Shown here piece by piece: positions 6,718-17,830 of a stretch of 64,000 nucleotides of DNA. The DNA comes from an uncultured Trueperaceae bacterium (GTDB lineage: Bacteria > Deinococcota > Deinococci > Deinococcales > Trueperaceae): assembly GCA_963815215.1 (NCBI GenBank), contig CAWFFU010000011.1, positions 96,001 to 160,000 on the forward strand, written 5' to 3'. Made by a program: the position numbers and the translations under genes. The notes beneath the pieces are model-generated. The model did no database searches, was not told the origin of the DNA, and saw nothing but the letters and a program-made list of their open reading frames with translations. The first letter of the stretch is position 1. Every line of letters begins with the position of its first letter.

Positions 6718-8955
6718 ATGGACGAAAAAGCAAACCCGGCCGAGGGAAGCCCTGTCCCGGCCACCGACCAAGCCCCGGAGGAAGTCACGATCCAGGCCCC
6801 ATCCGCGGCAGCTGATCAGGGAACAGGCACCGCGATGGCGAACGAAAAGGATCTCGACCCACAGGAACGGGCTCCCCAAGAAGACGCCGCAGCGGATACG
6901 ATAGAGAGCGTCGACTCCGACGCAAACGCAGTCACCGAACCGGTGGCTGATGTGCCCGTAGCGGCGCAAGCCGACAACGCGCAAGACGACAACGCGCAAG
7001 ACGACAACTCCGAGATGACGATGGAGGACGTGCTGGCTGCCAGCGATGAGCAGCTCGCGCGCAAGCCTGTCCACCGCGGCATGATCACCAACGGACAGGT
7101 CATCATGCTCTCGCAGGACGGCATCATCGTCGATGTGGGCGCGAAGATCGAGGGCATCCTGCCCTACAACCAGCTCTTCGAGTTCGAGACGAACGCCGAA
7201 GACGCTGCGAAGTACTTCAAGCCCGGCGACGAGATCCAGGTCTACGTCGTCCGCTCGGACATCCCCAACAACACCATCGTGCTCTCCAAGAAGCGGGCTG
7301 ACCAGGAACGCGCCTGGAACCTGTTGCAGGAGATCCACGACAAGGAGAAGCCGGTCGAGGTCGAGATCATCGAGAAGGTTCGCGGCGGGCTCGTCGCCAA
7401 CCTCGGGATCCGCGCCTTCCTGCCGGCCAGCCAGGTCGATGTGCGCCGGGTCAACGACCTCGCGCCCTTCGTGGGGCTGCGCCTCAAGGTCAAGATCATC
7501 GAGCTCAACCGACGCCGCAACCGCGTCATCATCTCGCGTCGGTCGATCCTCGAAGAGGAGATCGCCGAGAAGAAGTCCGAGACGCTCCAGAAGCTCGAGC
7601 CCGGTATCAAGCTCGACGGCGAGGTCGTGGAGATCACCGACTTCGGGGTGTTCGTCAACCTCGGCGGGATCGACGGCCTGGTCCACCGCAGTGAGCTCAC
7701 GCACGGGCGCTTCAGCCACCCACGCGATGTCGTCAAGGTGGGCGAGAAGGTGCGCGTCGAAGTCCTCGACATGGACCTCGAACGCGAGCGCATCAACCTG
7801 TCCATGAAGTCGCTGCTGTCGAACCCCTGGGACAACGTCCTGGCCAACTACAGCATCGGCCAGCGGATCTCGGGCAAGGTCACCAACCTCACCCCGTTCG
7901 GTGCCTTCGTGGAGATCGAACCGGGCCTCGAAGGACTCATCCACGTCAGTGAGATGAGTTGGACCAAGCGCGTGCGTCACCCCAAGGAGATCGTGACCGA
8001 GGGCGACGAGGTCGAGGCCATGATCCTCAAGGTCGACACCAGCCAGCAGCGCATCTCGCTCGGTCTCCGTCAGACCCAGCCCGATCCCTGGAGCAGCCTG
8101 CCGGACCGCTACCCTCCCGGCACCGAGGTCACCGGCCCGATCACCGGCATCACCGACTTCGGCGTGTTCATGGAGATCGAAGAGGGCATCGAGGGCCTGG
8201 TCCACATCAGCGAGCTGAGCCACGACCACATCGAGAACATCAACGACCACTTCAAGCGTGGCGACGAGGTCACCGCGGTGATCCTCAACATCGATCCGGT
8301 CGAGCAGCGCGCCAGCCTGTCGCGTAAGCGGCTCCTCCCCTTCTCTGCCACCGACCTGGAATCCGTCGGCACCGGAGCCCCCGCCTCTCGCGGCGGCGCC
8401 CGTCGCGGCGGCCGGCGCAGTCGGCGCGGCTCGGACATCGACTACGATTACAGCTACGCTTCGTCCGATGCCAGCAACAAGGCCACCACGAAGCTCGGTG
8501 ACGTCTATGCTGACCTCTTCGCCCAGTTCGGTCTGACTGACAACAAGGGCGATCAGGATGAGGACTCCAGCGGGACCGACGAGGCAACGGCCGGCGCTGC
8601 CGAAGCGGCCGAGGCCGGTGCCGAAGCTTCCGCCGACCAGGGGATCGCAGCCGACGAGCCGCAGGCCGCCGTTGAGGCGACCGACACGCAGAGCGAGCCC
8701 GTCGCCGCCGCCCCGGAGGAAGCCGCCCCGGAGGAAGCCGAGCCGGCAGCGGTGAGCGCGCAACCTGAAGTCGCCGTCGAGGCCAAGAAGGCCGATGCCG
8801 ACGAGGTCGACCCCGAGAACGCCATCGATGCAGCCGAGGCCGCGGCCATGCTCACGGCCGCCTTCCGCGAGGGCAAGCGACCCAAGGCAGAGCAGAAGGC
8901 CGAAGCCACGGTCGAAGAGGAGAAGGCGGAGGACGCCGAAACCTCGAACGCCTGA
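6718..8955 (+). CDS. rpsA: 30S ribosomal protein S1 with long acidic N- and C-terminal extensions
   Basis: Five S1 repeats ([83 protein letters not shown]). SD GAGGAGG. Confidence 0.97.
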   Translation: MDEKANPAEGSPVPATDQAPEEVTIQAPSAAADQGTGTAMANEKDLDPQERAPQEDAAADTIESVDSDANAVTEPVADVPVAAQADNAQDDNAQDDNSEMTMEDVLAASDEQLARKPVHRGMITNGQVIMLSQDGIIVDVGAKIEGILPYNQLFEFETNAEDAAKYFKPGDEIQVYVVRSDIPNNTIVLSKKRADQERAWNLLQEIHDKEKPVEVEIIEKVRGGLVANLGIRAFLPASQVDVRRVNDLAPFVGLRLKVKIIELNRRRNRVIISRRSILEEEIAEKKSETLQKLEPGIKLDGEVVEITDFGVFVNLGGIDGLVHRSELTHGRFSHPRDVVKVGEKVRVEVLDMDLERERINLSMKSLLSNPWDNVLANYSIGQRISGKVTNLTPFGAFVEIEPGLEGLIHVSEMSWTKRVRHPKEIVTEGDEVEAMILKVDTSQQRISLGLRQTQPDPWSSLPDRYPPGTEVTGPITGITDFGVFMEIEEGIEGLVHISELSHDHIENINDHFKRGDEVTAVILNIDPVEQRASLSRKRLLPFSATDLESVGTGAPASRGGARRGGRRSRRGSDIDYDYSYASSDASNKATTKLGDVYADLFAQFGLTDNKGDQDEDSSGTDEATAGAAEAAEAGAEASADQGIAADEPQAAVEATDTQSEPVAAAPEEAAPEEAEPAAVSAQPEVAVEAKKADADEVDPENAIDAAEAAAMLTAAFREGKRPKAEQKAEATVEEEKAEDAETSNA

Positions 8956-8971
8956 TCTCGAATCCGCACTA

Positions 8972-9010
8972 CAGAAGGGGCGTCGCTCATCGCGAGCGAC
9001 GCCCCTTCTG
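8972..9010. terminator. Bidirectional hairpin between convergent rpsA and htpX
   Basis: Perfect 17-bp inverted repeat CAGAAGGGGCGTCGCTC / GAGCGACGCCCCTTCTG. Confidence 0.8.
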
Positions 9011-9096
9011 CTTGCGGTCACGCTGACGGCGCGCTGGCTCGCCCCCCTCCCGGGAACCCCAGCGCCCCGTCCCCGGTTGGGAGGCCGCAGGAGCCC

Positions 9097-10083
9097 TTAC
9101 ATCCGCCGCAGACGGTCGATTCTCTGTTGGATCGGAGGGTGGGTGGCGAACAGATCCATGCTGTTGTGGTGCGCGAGGGGATTGACGATGAACATGTGGC
9201 GCACGCCTTCGGAGACCTCCAAGTCCTCGCCCTGGTAGCCGCCGAGCTTCTCCAGCGCGCTCGCCAGCCCCTCCGGATTGCGCGTGATGTAGGCGCCGGT
9301 GGCGTCCGCCAGGAACTCACGGCGGCGACTGACGGCCAACCTCAGGATGGTCGCCAGGATCGGCCCGAGCACGAGCAAGGCGATCAGCAGGACCACCATG
9401 ATGCCCTGACCACGGTTGTTGCCCTGGCCGGACCCGCCCCCGCTACCGCGCCGGCTTCGCGATCCACCGAACGCACCGAACTGGAACCAGCGCAGCACCA
9501 GGTCGCGCAGGATCACGATGGCGCCGACGGTCGCCGCCAGCATCGACAGGAACCGGATGTCGTAGTTGCGCACGTGCGCCATCTCGTGGGCGACCACCCC
9601 CTCCAGCTCCTGCCGGTCCATCATGTCGATGAGACCTCGGGTGACCGCGATCGAGGCGTGCTGCGGGTCGCGCCCGGTGGCGAAGGCGTTGGGGGCAGGC
9701 GAGTCGATCACGTATATGTTGGGCGTCGGAACCCCTGCCCCGAGGGCGACTGCTTCGGTGACATTGACGAGATAGCGATGCTCGTCCTTGGTGGCCTTGC
9801 GGGCGCCTGCCGCGCCCAACGCGATCTGATCGCTGAACCAGTATGCCGCCACGCTCTGCCCGGCGCCGATGAACCCCGCTACCGACACGAAGAACAGCGC
9901 CGAGCCCGGATTCGTGACTTGCGCCAGAAGGTATCCGATGGCACCCAACAGCGCCACCATGATCAATCCCAGGACCCAGGACATCCTGCGATTGGACGCC
10001 TGCCAGTCGAGGAGGTTGATGCGCCTCCCGGTGGCCCTGTCAGTGATGACGTTCGGCAGGACCCCTGCGCTGCGTGACGTCAT
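9097..10083 (-). CDS. htpX: M48 zinc metalloprotease HtpX
   Basis: PNAFATGR, VVAHEMAHVRNYD, SRRREFLADA and FATHPPI motifs. Follows lemA. Confidence 0.92.
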   Translation of the reverse strand: MTSRSAGVLPNVITDRATGRRINLLDWQASNRRMSWVLGLIMVALLGAIGYLLAQVTNPGSALFFVSVAGFIGAGQSVAAYWFSDQIALGAAGARKATKDEHRYLVNVTEAVALGAGVPTPNIYVIDSPAPNAFATGRDPQHASIAVTRGLIDMMDRQELEGVVAHEMAHVRNYDIRFLSMLAATVGAIVILRDLVLRWFQFGAFGGSRSRRGSGGGSGQGNNRGQGIMVVLLIALLVLGPILATILRLAVSRRREFLADATGAYITRNPEGLASALEKLGGYQGEDLEVSEGVRHMFIVNPLAHHNSMDLFATHPPIQQRIDRLRRM

Positions 10084-10106
10084 GATGGGTCCGTCGCCGG
10101 CTCAGC

Positions 10107-10661
10107 TCAGCCCGCGAACGACACCTTCGGCGCTTCGCGCTCGGCTTCGGGGATCTCGAGGAAGACGGCCTTCTTCTTGTTCATCGGGCCCGCCATGAAC
10201 ACGCCCGGCACCGTCTCGATGGCGTTGTTGAACTGGAGCACGGCGTCGTTGTAGAACTGCCGCGCGTAGGCGATCTTGTTCTCGACGCTGGACAGTTCCT
10301 CCTGGAGCATCTTGAAGTTCTCGTTGGCCTTGAGCTCGGGGTAGTTCTCGGCGATAGCGAACAACCGACCCAGCGCACCCGTCATCTGGTTCGCGGCCTC
10401 GGCCGACTCACCCACGTTCTTCGCGTTCATGAGGGCCTGCCGCGAGTGCGCGACCTCCTCGAACACGGCCTTCTCGTGGGCGGCGTAGCCTTTGACAGTC
10501 TCTACGAGGTTGGGGATCAGGTCGACGCGTCGCTTGAGCTGAACGTCGATCTGGCTCCACGCGTTCTCGTAGCGATTCTCCAAACTGATGATCCGGTTGT
10601 AGACCCCAACCGCCGAGATCACCAGGATGGCCAGAATGACCAACACCACGATGGTCGCCAT
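10107..10661 (-). CDS. lemA: LemA family protein
   Basis: AWSQIDVQLKRRVDLIPNLVETVKGYA and ENYPELKANENF. Confidence 0.95.
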   Translation of the reverse strand: MATIVVLVILAILVISAVGVYNRIISLENRYENAWSQIDVQLKRRVDLIPNLVETVKGYAAHEKAVFEEVAHSRQALMNAKNVGESAEAANQMTGALGRLFAIAENYPELKANENFKMLQEELSSVENKIAYARQFYNDAVLQFNNAIETVPGVFMAGPMNKKKAVFLEIPEAEREAPKVSFAG

Positions 10662-10753
10662 AAGACCTCCTGGCGTTCAGTCTACTGGACAGCGCCGATT
10701 GCACAGAGCGAAAATCTACGCCGCCCCGCTGTCACGACCTGCGGCGGACGCCG

Positions 10754-11857
10754 TCAGGACGATCGACGGCGGATCACGCCGCCGCCCAGCAGACGGTCGC
10801 CCTGGTAGAGGACGGCAGACTGACCGATCGTGACCGCGAACTGCGGTTCCTCGAAATCGAGCCGGAAGCCGTCACCCGTGGCCGTCAACATCGCCGGCAC
10901 CGGCGCCTGCCGGTAGCGGACCTGAGCGTTCACCTGCCGCGGCAGCTTCGCTTCGTCCACCAGGAAGTTGCCGCGTTCCGCCGTGAGACCCGACCAGAAG
11001 CACATCTCGCGAGGGCCTACCACGACCGTGTTGTCGGCGGGGCGGAGGTCGATGACGAAGCGCTCCAGGTGCGACTTCCACAGCCCCAACCCCTTCTTCT
11101 GGCCGATCGTGTAGAACTGCACGCCGCGGTGCTCGCCGACCACCGCGTCCCCCTGGCTTGCATCCACCACCGGGCCCGGCCGTTCCCGGCTCGCGTCCTG
11201 GAGATAACCGCGGACCGTGTCCGGCACGAAGCACAGACCCGATGAGCTCTTCTTCTCTGCCGTGAGCAGACCGCGATCGGCCGCGAGCGAACGTACGTCA
11301 CGCTTGCTCAGTTCCCCGAGCGGGAACAGCAGGTATTGCAGGATGTCGCGCGGAAGCGCCCACAGGAAGTACGTCTGGTCCTTGTCGTCGTCCCGGCCCC
11401 GGTGCAGCTCGACTCCGTCGGGCCCGTCCACCCGCCGCACGTAGTGTCCGGTGGCAAGGAAGTCGCACCCCAGGACTCGCGCCCGCTCGATGAAGGCGCC
11501 GAACTTGATGTGCCGGTTGCACCACACGCACGGGTTCGGCGTCTCCCCGGCCTCGTAGGTCGGCACGAAAGGATCGACGACGATCTCCTGGAACCGGTCG
11601 CGGAAGTCGAGCAGATAGAAGGGGATGTCCACCGCGTCGGCGACACGACGGGCGTCGTACGCGGCCGCCGGGCTGCAACAAAGGTCGAAAGCGCCGCTCG
11701 GGCCCTCGTCGGGCCAGAACCGGGCCATGGTACCGACCACCTCGAAGCCCCCCTCGCGCAACAGTGCGGTGGCCACCGACGAGTCGACGCCGCCCGACAT
11801 GGCACTCAGGACCTTCGGGGCGACAGCACGCTTCGGGATGGGATCGAACCGTTCCAC
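10754..11857 (-). CDS. mnmA: tRNA 2-thiouridylase MnmA
   Basis: AMSGGVDSSV, TPNPCVWCNRHIKF, ATGHY and KDQTYFL. Confidence 0.96.
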   Translation of the reverse strand: MERFDPIPKRAVAPKVLSAMSGGVDSSVATALLREGGFEVVGTMARFWPDEGPSGAFDLCCSPAAAYDARRVADAVDIPFYLLDFRDRFQEIVVDPFVPTYEAGETPNPCVWCNRHIKFGAFIERARVLGCDFLATGHYVRRVDGPDGVELHRGRDDDKDQTYFLWALPRDILQYLLFPLGELSKRDVRSLAADRGLLTAEKKSSSGLCFVPDTVRGYLQDASRERPGPVVDASQGDAVVGEHRGVQFYTIGQKKGLGLWKSHLERFVIDLRPADNTVVVGPREMCFWSGLTAERGNFLVDEAKLPRQVNAQVRYRQAPVPAMLTATGDGFRLDFEEPQFAVTIGQSAVLYQGDRLLGGGVIRRRSS

Positions 11858-11962
11858 GGCCCATCAGTCTAGCTGACCGGCTCGCGCATGACCCGGGATG
11901 GGCGACACCCTCTTCGGGGAGCGCGGCGCACGTGCGGTAGACTGGTCCGCACGGAGGTGGAT

Positions 11963-12331
11963 GTGAAAGGCGCTCGCATCCTGCAGCTCGTCTTGGTCAT
12001 CGTGTTGGCGCTCTATCTGGTGGCGTTCAACAACGTGAACCCGGACCCCCTGACGCTGCCGCTTCTCCCCATGCTGATCCCGATGCCGCCGGTGATCGTG
12101 GTGATCGTCGCGTTGCTGGGCGGCTGGCTGGTGGGCTGGCTCCCCACCCGGATCGCGCTGTGGCGCCGAGCTCGCGAAGTCCGTCGGCTGCGCCAGCGCT
12201 TGAACGAGCTGGAGGGTGAGCACACCGCACGGGAGACCGATGCCGGCGAGCGCGCCCCCGTCATCCCGGACCGCTTCCCCGTCATCCCGGACAGGCCCCC
12301 ACAGCGCGACGAGGGAACCGAGTCGTCGTGA
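11963..12331 (+). CDS. LapA/DUF1049-like small membrane protein
   Basis: SD GGAGG then GTG. Two TM helices around AFNNVNPDPLTL, then a coiled coil and a duplicated PVIPDR. Stop overlaps the recJ start. Confidence 0.7.
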   Translation: MKGARILQLVLVIVLALYLVAFNNVNPDPLTLPLLPMLIPMPPVIVVIVALLGGWLVGWLPTRIALWRRAREVRRLRQRLNELEGEHTARETDAGERAPVIPDRFPVIPDRPPQRDEGTESS

Positions 12332-14655
12332 GCCCGGCCGACGACGCTCGGCCGCCTTCGCCTCTCTGGTTCCTGCGTCCGCCCGCGCCCCCGCACGCCG
12401 TCCGCTCGCTGGCGCGCAGCCTCGGCGTGCCGCCGTTGCTGGCCGCCATGTTGTGGTCGCGCGGGTTACGCGACGACGCCCCAGAGCACCTCAATCCGCC
12501 CCTGGAGCTCACCCGGATCCCTCACCTGGACGCGGCCGCCGAACGGCTCGAGCGAGCCATCCGCGGCAGCCAGCGCATCCTCGTGCACGGCGACTACGAT
12601 GCCGACGGCATCAGCGGCACCGCGGTCCTGACCCTGGGCCTGCGGGAGCTGGGGGCCAGGGCCGAACCCTTCATCCCCAACCGGCTCACCGACGGCTACG
12701 GCATCCACCCCGAGCGCGTGCCCGAGCACGCGGAGCGGTGCGAGCTGTTCGTCACGGTCGACTGCGGCATCACCAACCTCGCCGAGATCCGAAGCCTCCA
12801 GGACGCCGGCGTCGAGGTCATCGTCACCGATCACCACACTCCCGGCGACGCCCGCCCCGATTGCCTGGTGGTCCACCCGGCCACCTCGCCGCTGGCCCGG
12901 GACGGCCTGCCGCAACTGACCGGGGCCGGCGTCGCGTTCCATCTGCTGTGGGCGCTGCGCCGACGTCTCGGCCTGGATCGGCCGGACGACTATGCCGACC
13001 TCGCGACCATCGGCACCATCGCCGACGTCGCTCCGCTGCTCGGCGAGAACCGTGCCCTCATCGTTCCGGGGCTGCAGCGCCTGGCCAACTCGCGCTGGGC
13101 CGGCGTACGCGCGATCGTCCGGCAATCGCACCTGCGCGGCGATATCACCGCCCGCCAGGTGGCCTTCGTGGTGGCGCCCAGGCTGAACGCCGCCGGCCGC
13201 CTGGGCGAGGCGGAACTGGGGCTGGAGCTGCTCACAACGGCCAGCGAGCGCCGCGCCAACGAGCTCGCCGCCTACCTCGACGCCCGCAACCAGGACCGGC
13301 GCCGGATCCAGGACGAGATGTTCGCCCAGGCGCTGGAGATCGTGGATCCGGACGCCCCGGCGCTGGTGGTCGAGGACGCCCGCTGGCACCCCGGCGTCAT
13401 GGGGATCGTCGCTTCCAAACTGCTCGAACGCTTCTACAAGCCCGTCTACATCATCGCCAAGGGGAAGGGCAGCGTCCGTTCCACGCCCGGCATCTCGGCG
13501 GTGAACGGGCTCCGCGCAGCCTCCGAGCACCTGCTGCGCTATGGCGGCCACGCCCAGGCCGCCGGCTTCGCCCTGGACATGGCGAAGCTCCCCGCCTTCC
13601 GTGACGCCATCCACGTCTACGCCGCGCGCTTCCCACGTCCGCAACCGCAGATCACGGCCGACGCCGTGCTCTCCGGAGGCGAGGTCGAACGCGGGCTATG
13701 GCAGGCCATCCGCACCCTCGAGCCCTTCGGAGAGGGCCACCCGGCCCCGGTCTTCGCGCTCACGGATCGCCTCGACAGCGCCCGCGCCGTCGGCCGTGAC
13801 GGTGCCACCCTGCAGCTCAGGATCGGGGGCGTCAAGGGCGTGGCCTGGCAGATGGGCACGCTGGCCGAGGCCCTGCCCCTGGGCGAGCCCGTGAACGCGG
13901 CCGTGACACTCGCGGAGAACGAGTGGCGGGAGCGGAAGACCCTGGAGTTCGTGGCGGAAGCGGTGCGCCCCGCCGAACGTCTCGGCCTCGCCCCCACGCA
14001 CGACGGTCACGGCGCCACCGACACCGCCACCCTGCGCGTGGTTCGTGGCGCGCTGCCCGGGCTCCGTCCCCTGGACCCGCCCGACCTCGGCAGCCTGCTC
14101 GAGGCCCTGAACGGCGCGTCCAACGGTGCCCCCGATGCCGCGCCCGACGTGTGGTTGCGTGGCCTTCCCGACGACGGCGCCGTGCCTGCGCTGCGCGCGC
14201 TGATGCAGCGGGCGTCACGGATCGGCCTCGACTTCGAGGAGCCGGCGCTGGCCGCCCTGCAGGCCGAGGCCTTGCGCTTCCCCACCCTCGACGAGGTACG
14301 CCGCGGGTTCGTGGCGTTGCAGCGGGGCCTCGCGCTGCCATTCGAGGAGATCAAGGCCCAACGCGTCCGGGCGGTGCTCGAGGAACTCGCCTTGCTCGAC
14401 GGGAGCGGCCACGTGCTGAGCGGCCAGAAGCGTGACCCCTACACCTCGGACACGCTGCTCGACGGTCTTCTGCGGCGCCACCTGCTGCTGCGCTTCGTCA
14501 CTGCGTTCCGCTTCCTGGACGACGCCGGCTTCGCGTACAGCGTTCACACCCTGTTCGGCTCCGACAGCGCGCCGGAGGCGACCGGCCCGGGTCGGGCCGG
14601 AGCCGGCGAGACGGCCCCAGCCGGCATCGCGGCCGACGGCGTGCCCACCTCCTGA
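12328..14655 (+). CDS. recJ: Single-stranded DNA exonuclease RecJ with C-terminal extension
   Basis: HGDYDADG, TVDCG, VTDHH, PRLNAAGRL and YGGHAQAAG. Confidence 0.96.
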   Translation: MSPADDARPPSPLWFLRPPAPPHAVRSLARSLGVPPLLAAMLWSRGLRDDAPEHLNPPLELTRIPHLDAAAERLERAIRGSQRILVHGDYDADGISGTAVLTLGLRELGARAEPFIPNRLTDGYGIHPERVPEHAERCELFVTVDCGITNLAEIRSLQDAGVEVIVTDHHTPGDARPDCLVVHPATSPLARDGLPQLTGAGVAFHLLWALRRRLGLDRPDDYADLATIGTIADVAPLLGENRALIVPGLQRLANSRWAGVRAIVRQSHLRGDITARQVAFVVAPRLNAAGRLGEAELGLELLTTASERRANELAAYLDARNQDRRRIQDEMFAQALEIVDPDAPALVVEDARWHPGVMGIVASKLLERFYKPVYIIAKGKGSVRSTPGISAVNGLRAASEHLLRYGGHAQAAGFALDMAKLPAFRDAIHVYAARFPRPQPQITADAVLSGGEVERGLWQAIRTLEPFGEGHPAPVFALTDRLDSARAVGRDGATLQLRIGGVKGVAWQMGTLAEALPLGEPVNAAVTLAENEWRERKTLEFVAEAVRPAERLGLAPTHDGHGATDTATLRVVRGALPGLRPLDPPDLGSLLEALNGASNGAPDAAPDVWLRGLPDDGAVPALRALMQRASRIGLDFEEPALAALQAEALRFPTLDEVRRGFVALQRGLALPFEEIKAQRVRAVLEELALLDGSGHVLSGQKRDPYTSDTLLDGLLRRHLLLRFVTAFRFLDDAGFAYSVHTLFGSDSAPEATGPGRAGAGETAPAGIAADGVPTS

Positions 14656-14698
14656 TCGACCGGGCAGAAGGCCGTGAGGCGCGTGCGATACTGACGGC

Positions 14699-17611
14699 AT
14701 GACCAGCCCCGCCGCGTCGCCGCTTCCCGTGGATCGTTCGACCGCCGTCACGCTGGAACGCGAGCTGAAGGCGCGCCTGCAGGGTGAGGTGCGCTTCGAC
14801 GAGACCGCGCGCACGCTCTACGCGACAGACGCCAGCCCCTACGAGATCCGTCCGATCGGCGTCGTACTGCCCCGCAACGCCGGCGACGTGCGCGCGACGG
14901 TCGAGCTCTGCACCCGCCACGGGGTGCCGCTGTTGCCGCGCGGTGGGGGCACCAGCCTGGCGGGTCAGACCGTGGGACGGGCACTCATCCTGGACGTGTC
15001 GAAGTACCTCGACAAGGTGCTCGAGGTGAACCTCGAGGAGCGCTGGGCGCGCGTCGAGCCCGGTGTCGTGCGCGACCGGCTCAACGCCTTGCTGGAGCCG
15101 CACGGTCTGCAGTTCACGCCCGACATCTCGACCACCAGCCGCGCCAACATCGGCGGGATGGTCGCCAACAACGCCGCCGGCACACGCAGCATCAAGTACG
15201 GCAAGACGGTCGACCAGGTCCAGAGCATGCGTGTGCTGCTGATGGACGGAACCGAGCTGGAGCTCGGACCCGTCGACGAGGCCGGGCTTCACGCCCGGCT
15301 GGGCCAACAGGACCGCGAGGGCGAGCTCTACCGCACCGTGCACCGGATCACCACCGAGCACGCCGACGAGATCGACGCGCGCTACCCGAAGATCATGCGG
15401 AGGGTGGGCGGCTACAACCTCGACGAGTTCGCACCGGGCCGGCCGTTCAACCTGGCCAAGCTGGTGTGCGGCAGCGAGGGTACCCTCGCCGTGATCCTGG
15501 AGGTCACGATCCGGCTCGATCCCATCCCCACCCACCGCCTGCTCGCCATGCTGCACTTCGAGACCCTTCACAAGGCACTCACCGCGGTCCAGCACGTCAA
15601 TCGCCACGGGCCTTCGGCGGTCGAGCTGATGGACCGCGACATCTTCGTGCTCGGCCGGCAGAACCGCACCCTGGCACCGCTGCTCGGCTGGCTGCAGGGT
15701 GACCCGGGCGCGGTTCTCATGGTGGAGTTCGACGGCACGTCCGAGGAGGAGATGCGGGCCGGGCTGGAGAGCCTGCAGCGGGACCCGGAGGTCGCCGGAC
15801 TCGCCTATGCCACCTACCTCGCCGACGCGGCCGAACAGCAGTCGGAGATCCTCGGGTTCCGGCGCGACGGACTCGGCATCTACTCGACGGTGAAGGGCCG
15901 CAGCAAACCGACTCCGTTCGTGGAGGACAGCTCGGTGCCGGTCGAGAACCTGCCCGCCTACATCGCCGACATCACCGAGGTCTGCCGGCGGCACGGCGTT
16001 CATGTGGTGTTCTACGCCCACGCCTCGGTGGGCGTGATCCATCTGCGACCCCATCTGGATCTGAAGACCGAGCACGGGGTCGAGACCTTCCAGGCGATCA
16101 GCCGCGAGGTGTTCGAGCTGGTGAAGAAGTACGGCGGCTCCTGGAGCGGCGAGCACGGCGACGGCCTGATCCGCTCCTACCAGAATCCCGCCATGTTCGG
16201 CCCGTTGCTCTACCAGGACTTCCGCGCCATCAAGGCCGCCTTCGACCCGGCTGGGTTGATGAACCCCGGCAAGGTGGTCGACGGCCCGCCCATGACCGAG
16301 GATCTCCGCTACGGCGCGGGATACCCCGAGGTGGACGTGCCCACTCACTTCGACTTCTCCGCCGACGGCGGCTACCTCGGCGCCATCGAGAACTGCAACG
16401 GCGTGGGCGCGTGCCGGAAGGTCGGCACCGGCACCATGTGCCCGAGCTACATGGCCACACGCGACGAGGACCACAGTACGCGCGGGCGCGCCAACGTCCT
16501 GCGCGACGCTCTCAACGGCCGCATGCCCGGCGGGCTCACCAGCCGCGAAGTCTACGACGTGCTCGACCTGTGCCTGGAGTGCAAGGCCTGCAAGGCCGAG
16601 TGCCCCAGCCAGGTCGACATGGCGACGATCAAGTACGAGTTCTTGCAGCACTACTACGACGATCACGGCACCCCGCTGGCCGTGCGTGCCGTCGGCAACG
16701 TCGCGCGCATCGCGCCGCTGGCGCAGCGCCTGGCCCCGCTCAGCAACGCCCTGTTGCCCAGCGCGCCGGTGCGCTGGGCCATGGAGAAGCTGGTGGATGT
16801 CGACCGGCGGCGGGTGATGCCGCGCTACGCCAGCGAGACGTTCCGGCACTGGTTCGAGCGTGAGCGCGCAGCGGCGCCGACCGCGGGCGTCGACCGCCGG
16901 GTGGCGCTGTTCGCCGACACCTGGACGATGTTCAACGAGACCGCGCCGGGCCGAGCGGCGGTGCACGTGCTGGAGGCGCTCGGTTACGCAGTCGAGCTGG
17001 TGCCGTACGGCTGCTGCGGTCGCCCACAACTGTCCAAGGGCCTGCTGCGCGAGGCCAAGGGGATGGCGCGGCGCAACGTGGAGCGGCTCCACCCCTACGT
17101 CGAGCGCGGCATCCCTGTGGTCGGGCTCGAGCCGTCCTGCGTCACCGCCCTCGCCGACGATTACCGGGGGTTGCTCCCAGGCGCCCGGACCGATGCCGTC
17201 GCCGACAACGTGGTGATGATCGACCAGTTCCTGGCCAAGGCCTGGACCCGGGGTGAGATCGATCCGTCCACGGCCTTCGAGAAGCGGCCGGGAGAGACGC
17301 TGCTGCACGGCCATTGCCAGCAGAAGGCCGTGTTGGGGACCGCGTCGACGCGAGCCGTGCTGGAGTGGGTATCCGAGGAGGTCCGCGAGCTCGACTCCGG
17401 CTGCTGCGGCATGGCCGGGTCGTTCGGCTACGGCCACCACGACCTGTCGATGGCCATCGGCGAGCAACGCCTCTTCCCCGCCGTGCGCGAGCACCAGGGG
17501 GGCACCGTGGCGTGTGGCTTCAGCTGCCGTGGCCAGATCGCGGACGGCACCTCCAAGCAGGCGCGGCATGTCGTCGAGGTGCTGGAGGAGGCGCTCGCCC
17601 CGCGTCGCTAG
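14699..17611 (+). CDS. FAD-binding and Fe-S oxidoreductase (GlcD/GlcF-fusion, YdiJ-like 2-hydroxyacid dehydrogenase)
   Basis: PRGGGTSLAGQ, GSEGTL, SGEHGDG, CNGVGAC...CP, CLECKACKAECP and CCG motifs. Confidence 0.9.
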   Translation: MTSPAASPLPVDRSTAVTLERELKARLQGEVRFDETARTLYATDASPYEIRPIGVVLPRNAGDVRATVELCTRHGVPLLPRGGGTSLAGQTVGRALILDVSKYLDKVLEVNLEERWARVEPGVVRDRLNALLEPHGLQFTPDISTTSRANIGGMVANNAAGTRSIKYGKTVDQVQSMRVLLMDGTELELGPVDEAGLHARLGQQDREGELYRTVHRITTEHADEIDARYPKIMRRVGGYNLDEFAPGRPFNLAKLVCGSEGTLAVILEVTIRLDPIPTHRLLAMLHFETLHKALTAVQHVNRHGPSAVELMDRDIFVLGRQNRTLAPLLGWLQGDPGAVLMVEFDGTSEEEMRAGLESLQRDPEVAGLAYATYLADAAEQQSEILGFRRDGLGIYSTVKGRSKPTPFVEDSSVPVENLPAYIADITEVCRRHGVHVVFYAHASVGVIHLRPHLDLKTEHGVETFQAISREVFELVKKYGGSWSGEHGDGLIRSYQNPAMFGPLLYQDFRAIKAAFDPAGLMNPGKVVDGPPMTEDLRYGAGYPEVDVPTHFDFSADGGYLGAIENCNGVGACRKVGTGTMCPSYMATRDEDHSTRGRANVLRDALNGRMPGGLTSREVYDVLDLCLECKACKAECPSQVDMATIKYEFLQHYYDDHGTPLAVRAVGNVARIAPLAQRLAPLSNALLPSAPVRWAMEKLVDVDRRRVMPRYASETFRHWFERERAAAPTAGVDRRVALFADTWTMFNETAPGRAAVHVLEALGYAVELVPYGCCGRPQLSKGLLREAKGMARRNVERLHPYVERGIPVVGLEPSCVTALADDYRGLLPGARTDAVADNVVMIDQFLAKAWTRGEIDPSTAFEKRPGETLLHGHCQQKAVLGTASTRAVLEWVSEEVRELDSGCCGMAGSFGYGHHDLSMAIGEQRLFPAVREHQGGTVACGFSCRGQIADGTSKQARHVVEVLEEALAPRR

Positions 17612-17830
17612 AAGGCCAGCTTCCGTCCCGAACGTAGGATCCGAACGTAGCGCCCACGTGCGCCGACCGCCCCCCAACCCCGGGCGATGGAGGCCGCGGA
17701 CGCCCGGCGGGACGCGGTGACGGCTGCCCGGCGTCCGCCAGAGATTGCGCGTACCATGCGTTAGATCGGCTTCGTGGAGCGGCCTGTCGTGCCGCGGTCA
17801 ATGCCGCGGCGTTTCCCTAGGAGGGGTCTC

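Noticed and set aside
6613..9021. 802-aa antisense ORF to rpsA, and similar long antisense ORFs over the oxidoreductase, lon, recJ and argS
   Set aside because: Typical high-GC shadow ORFs opposite well-supported genes.
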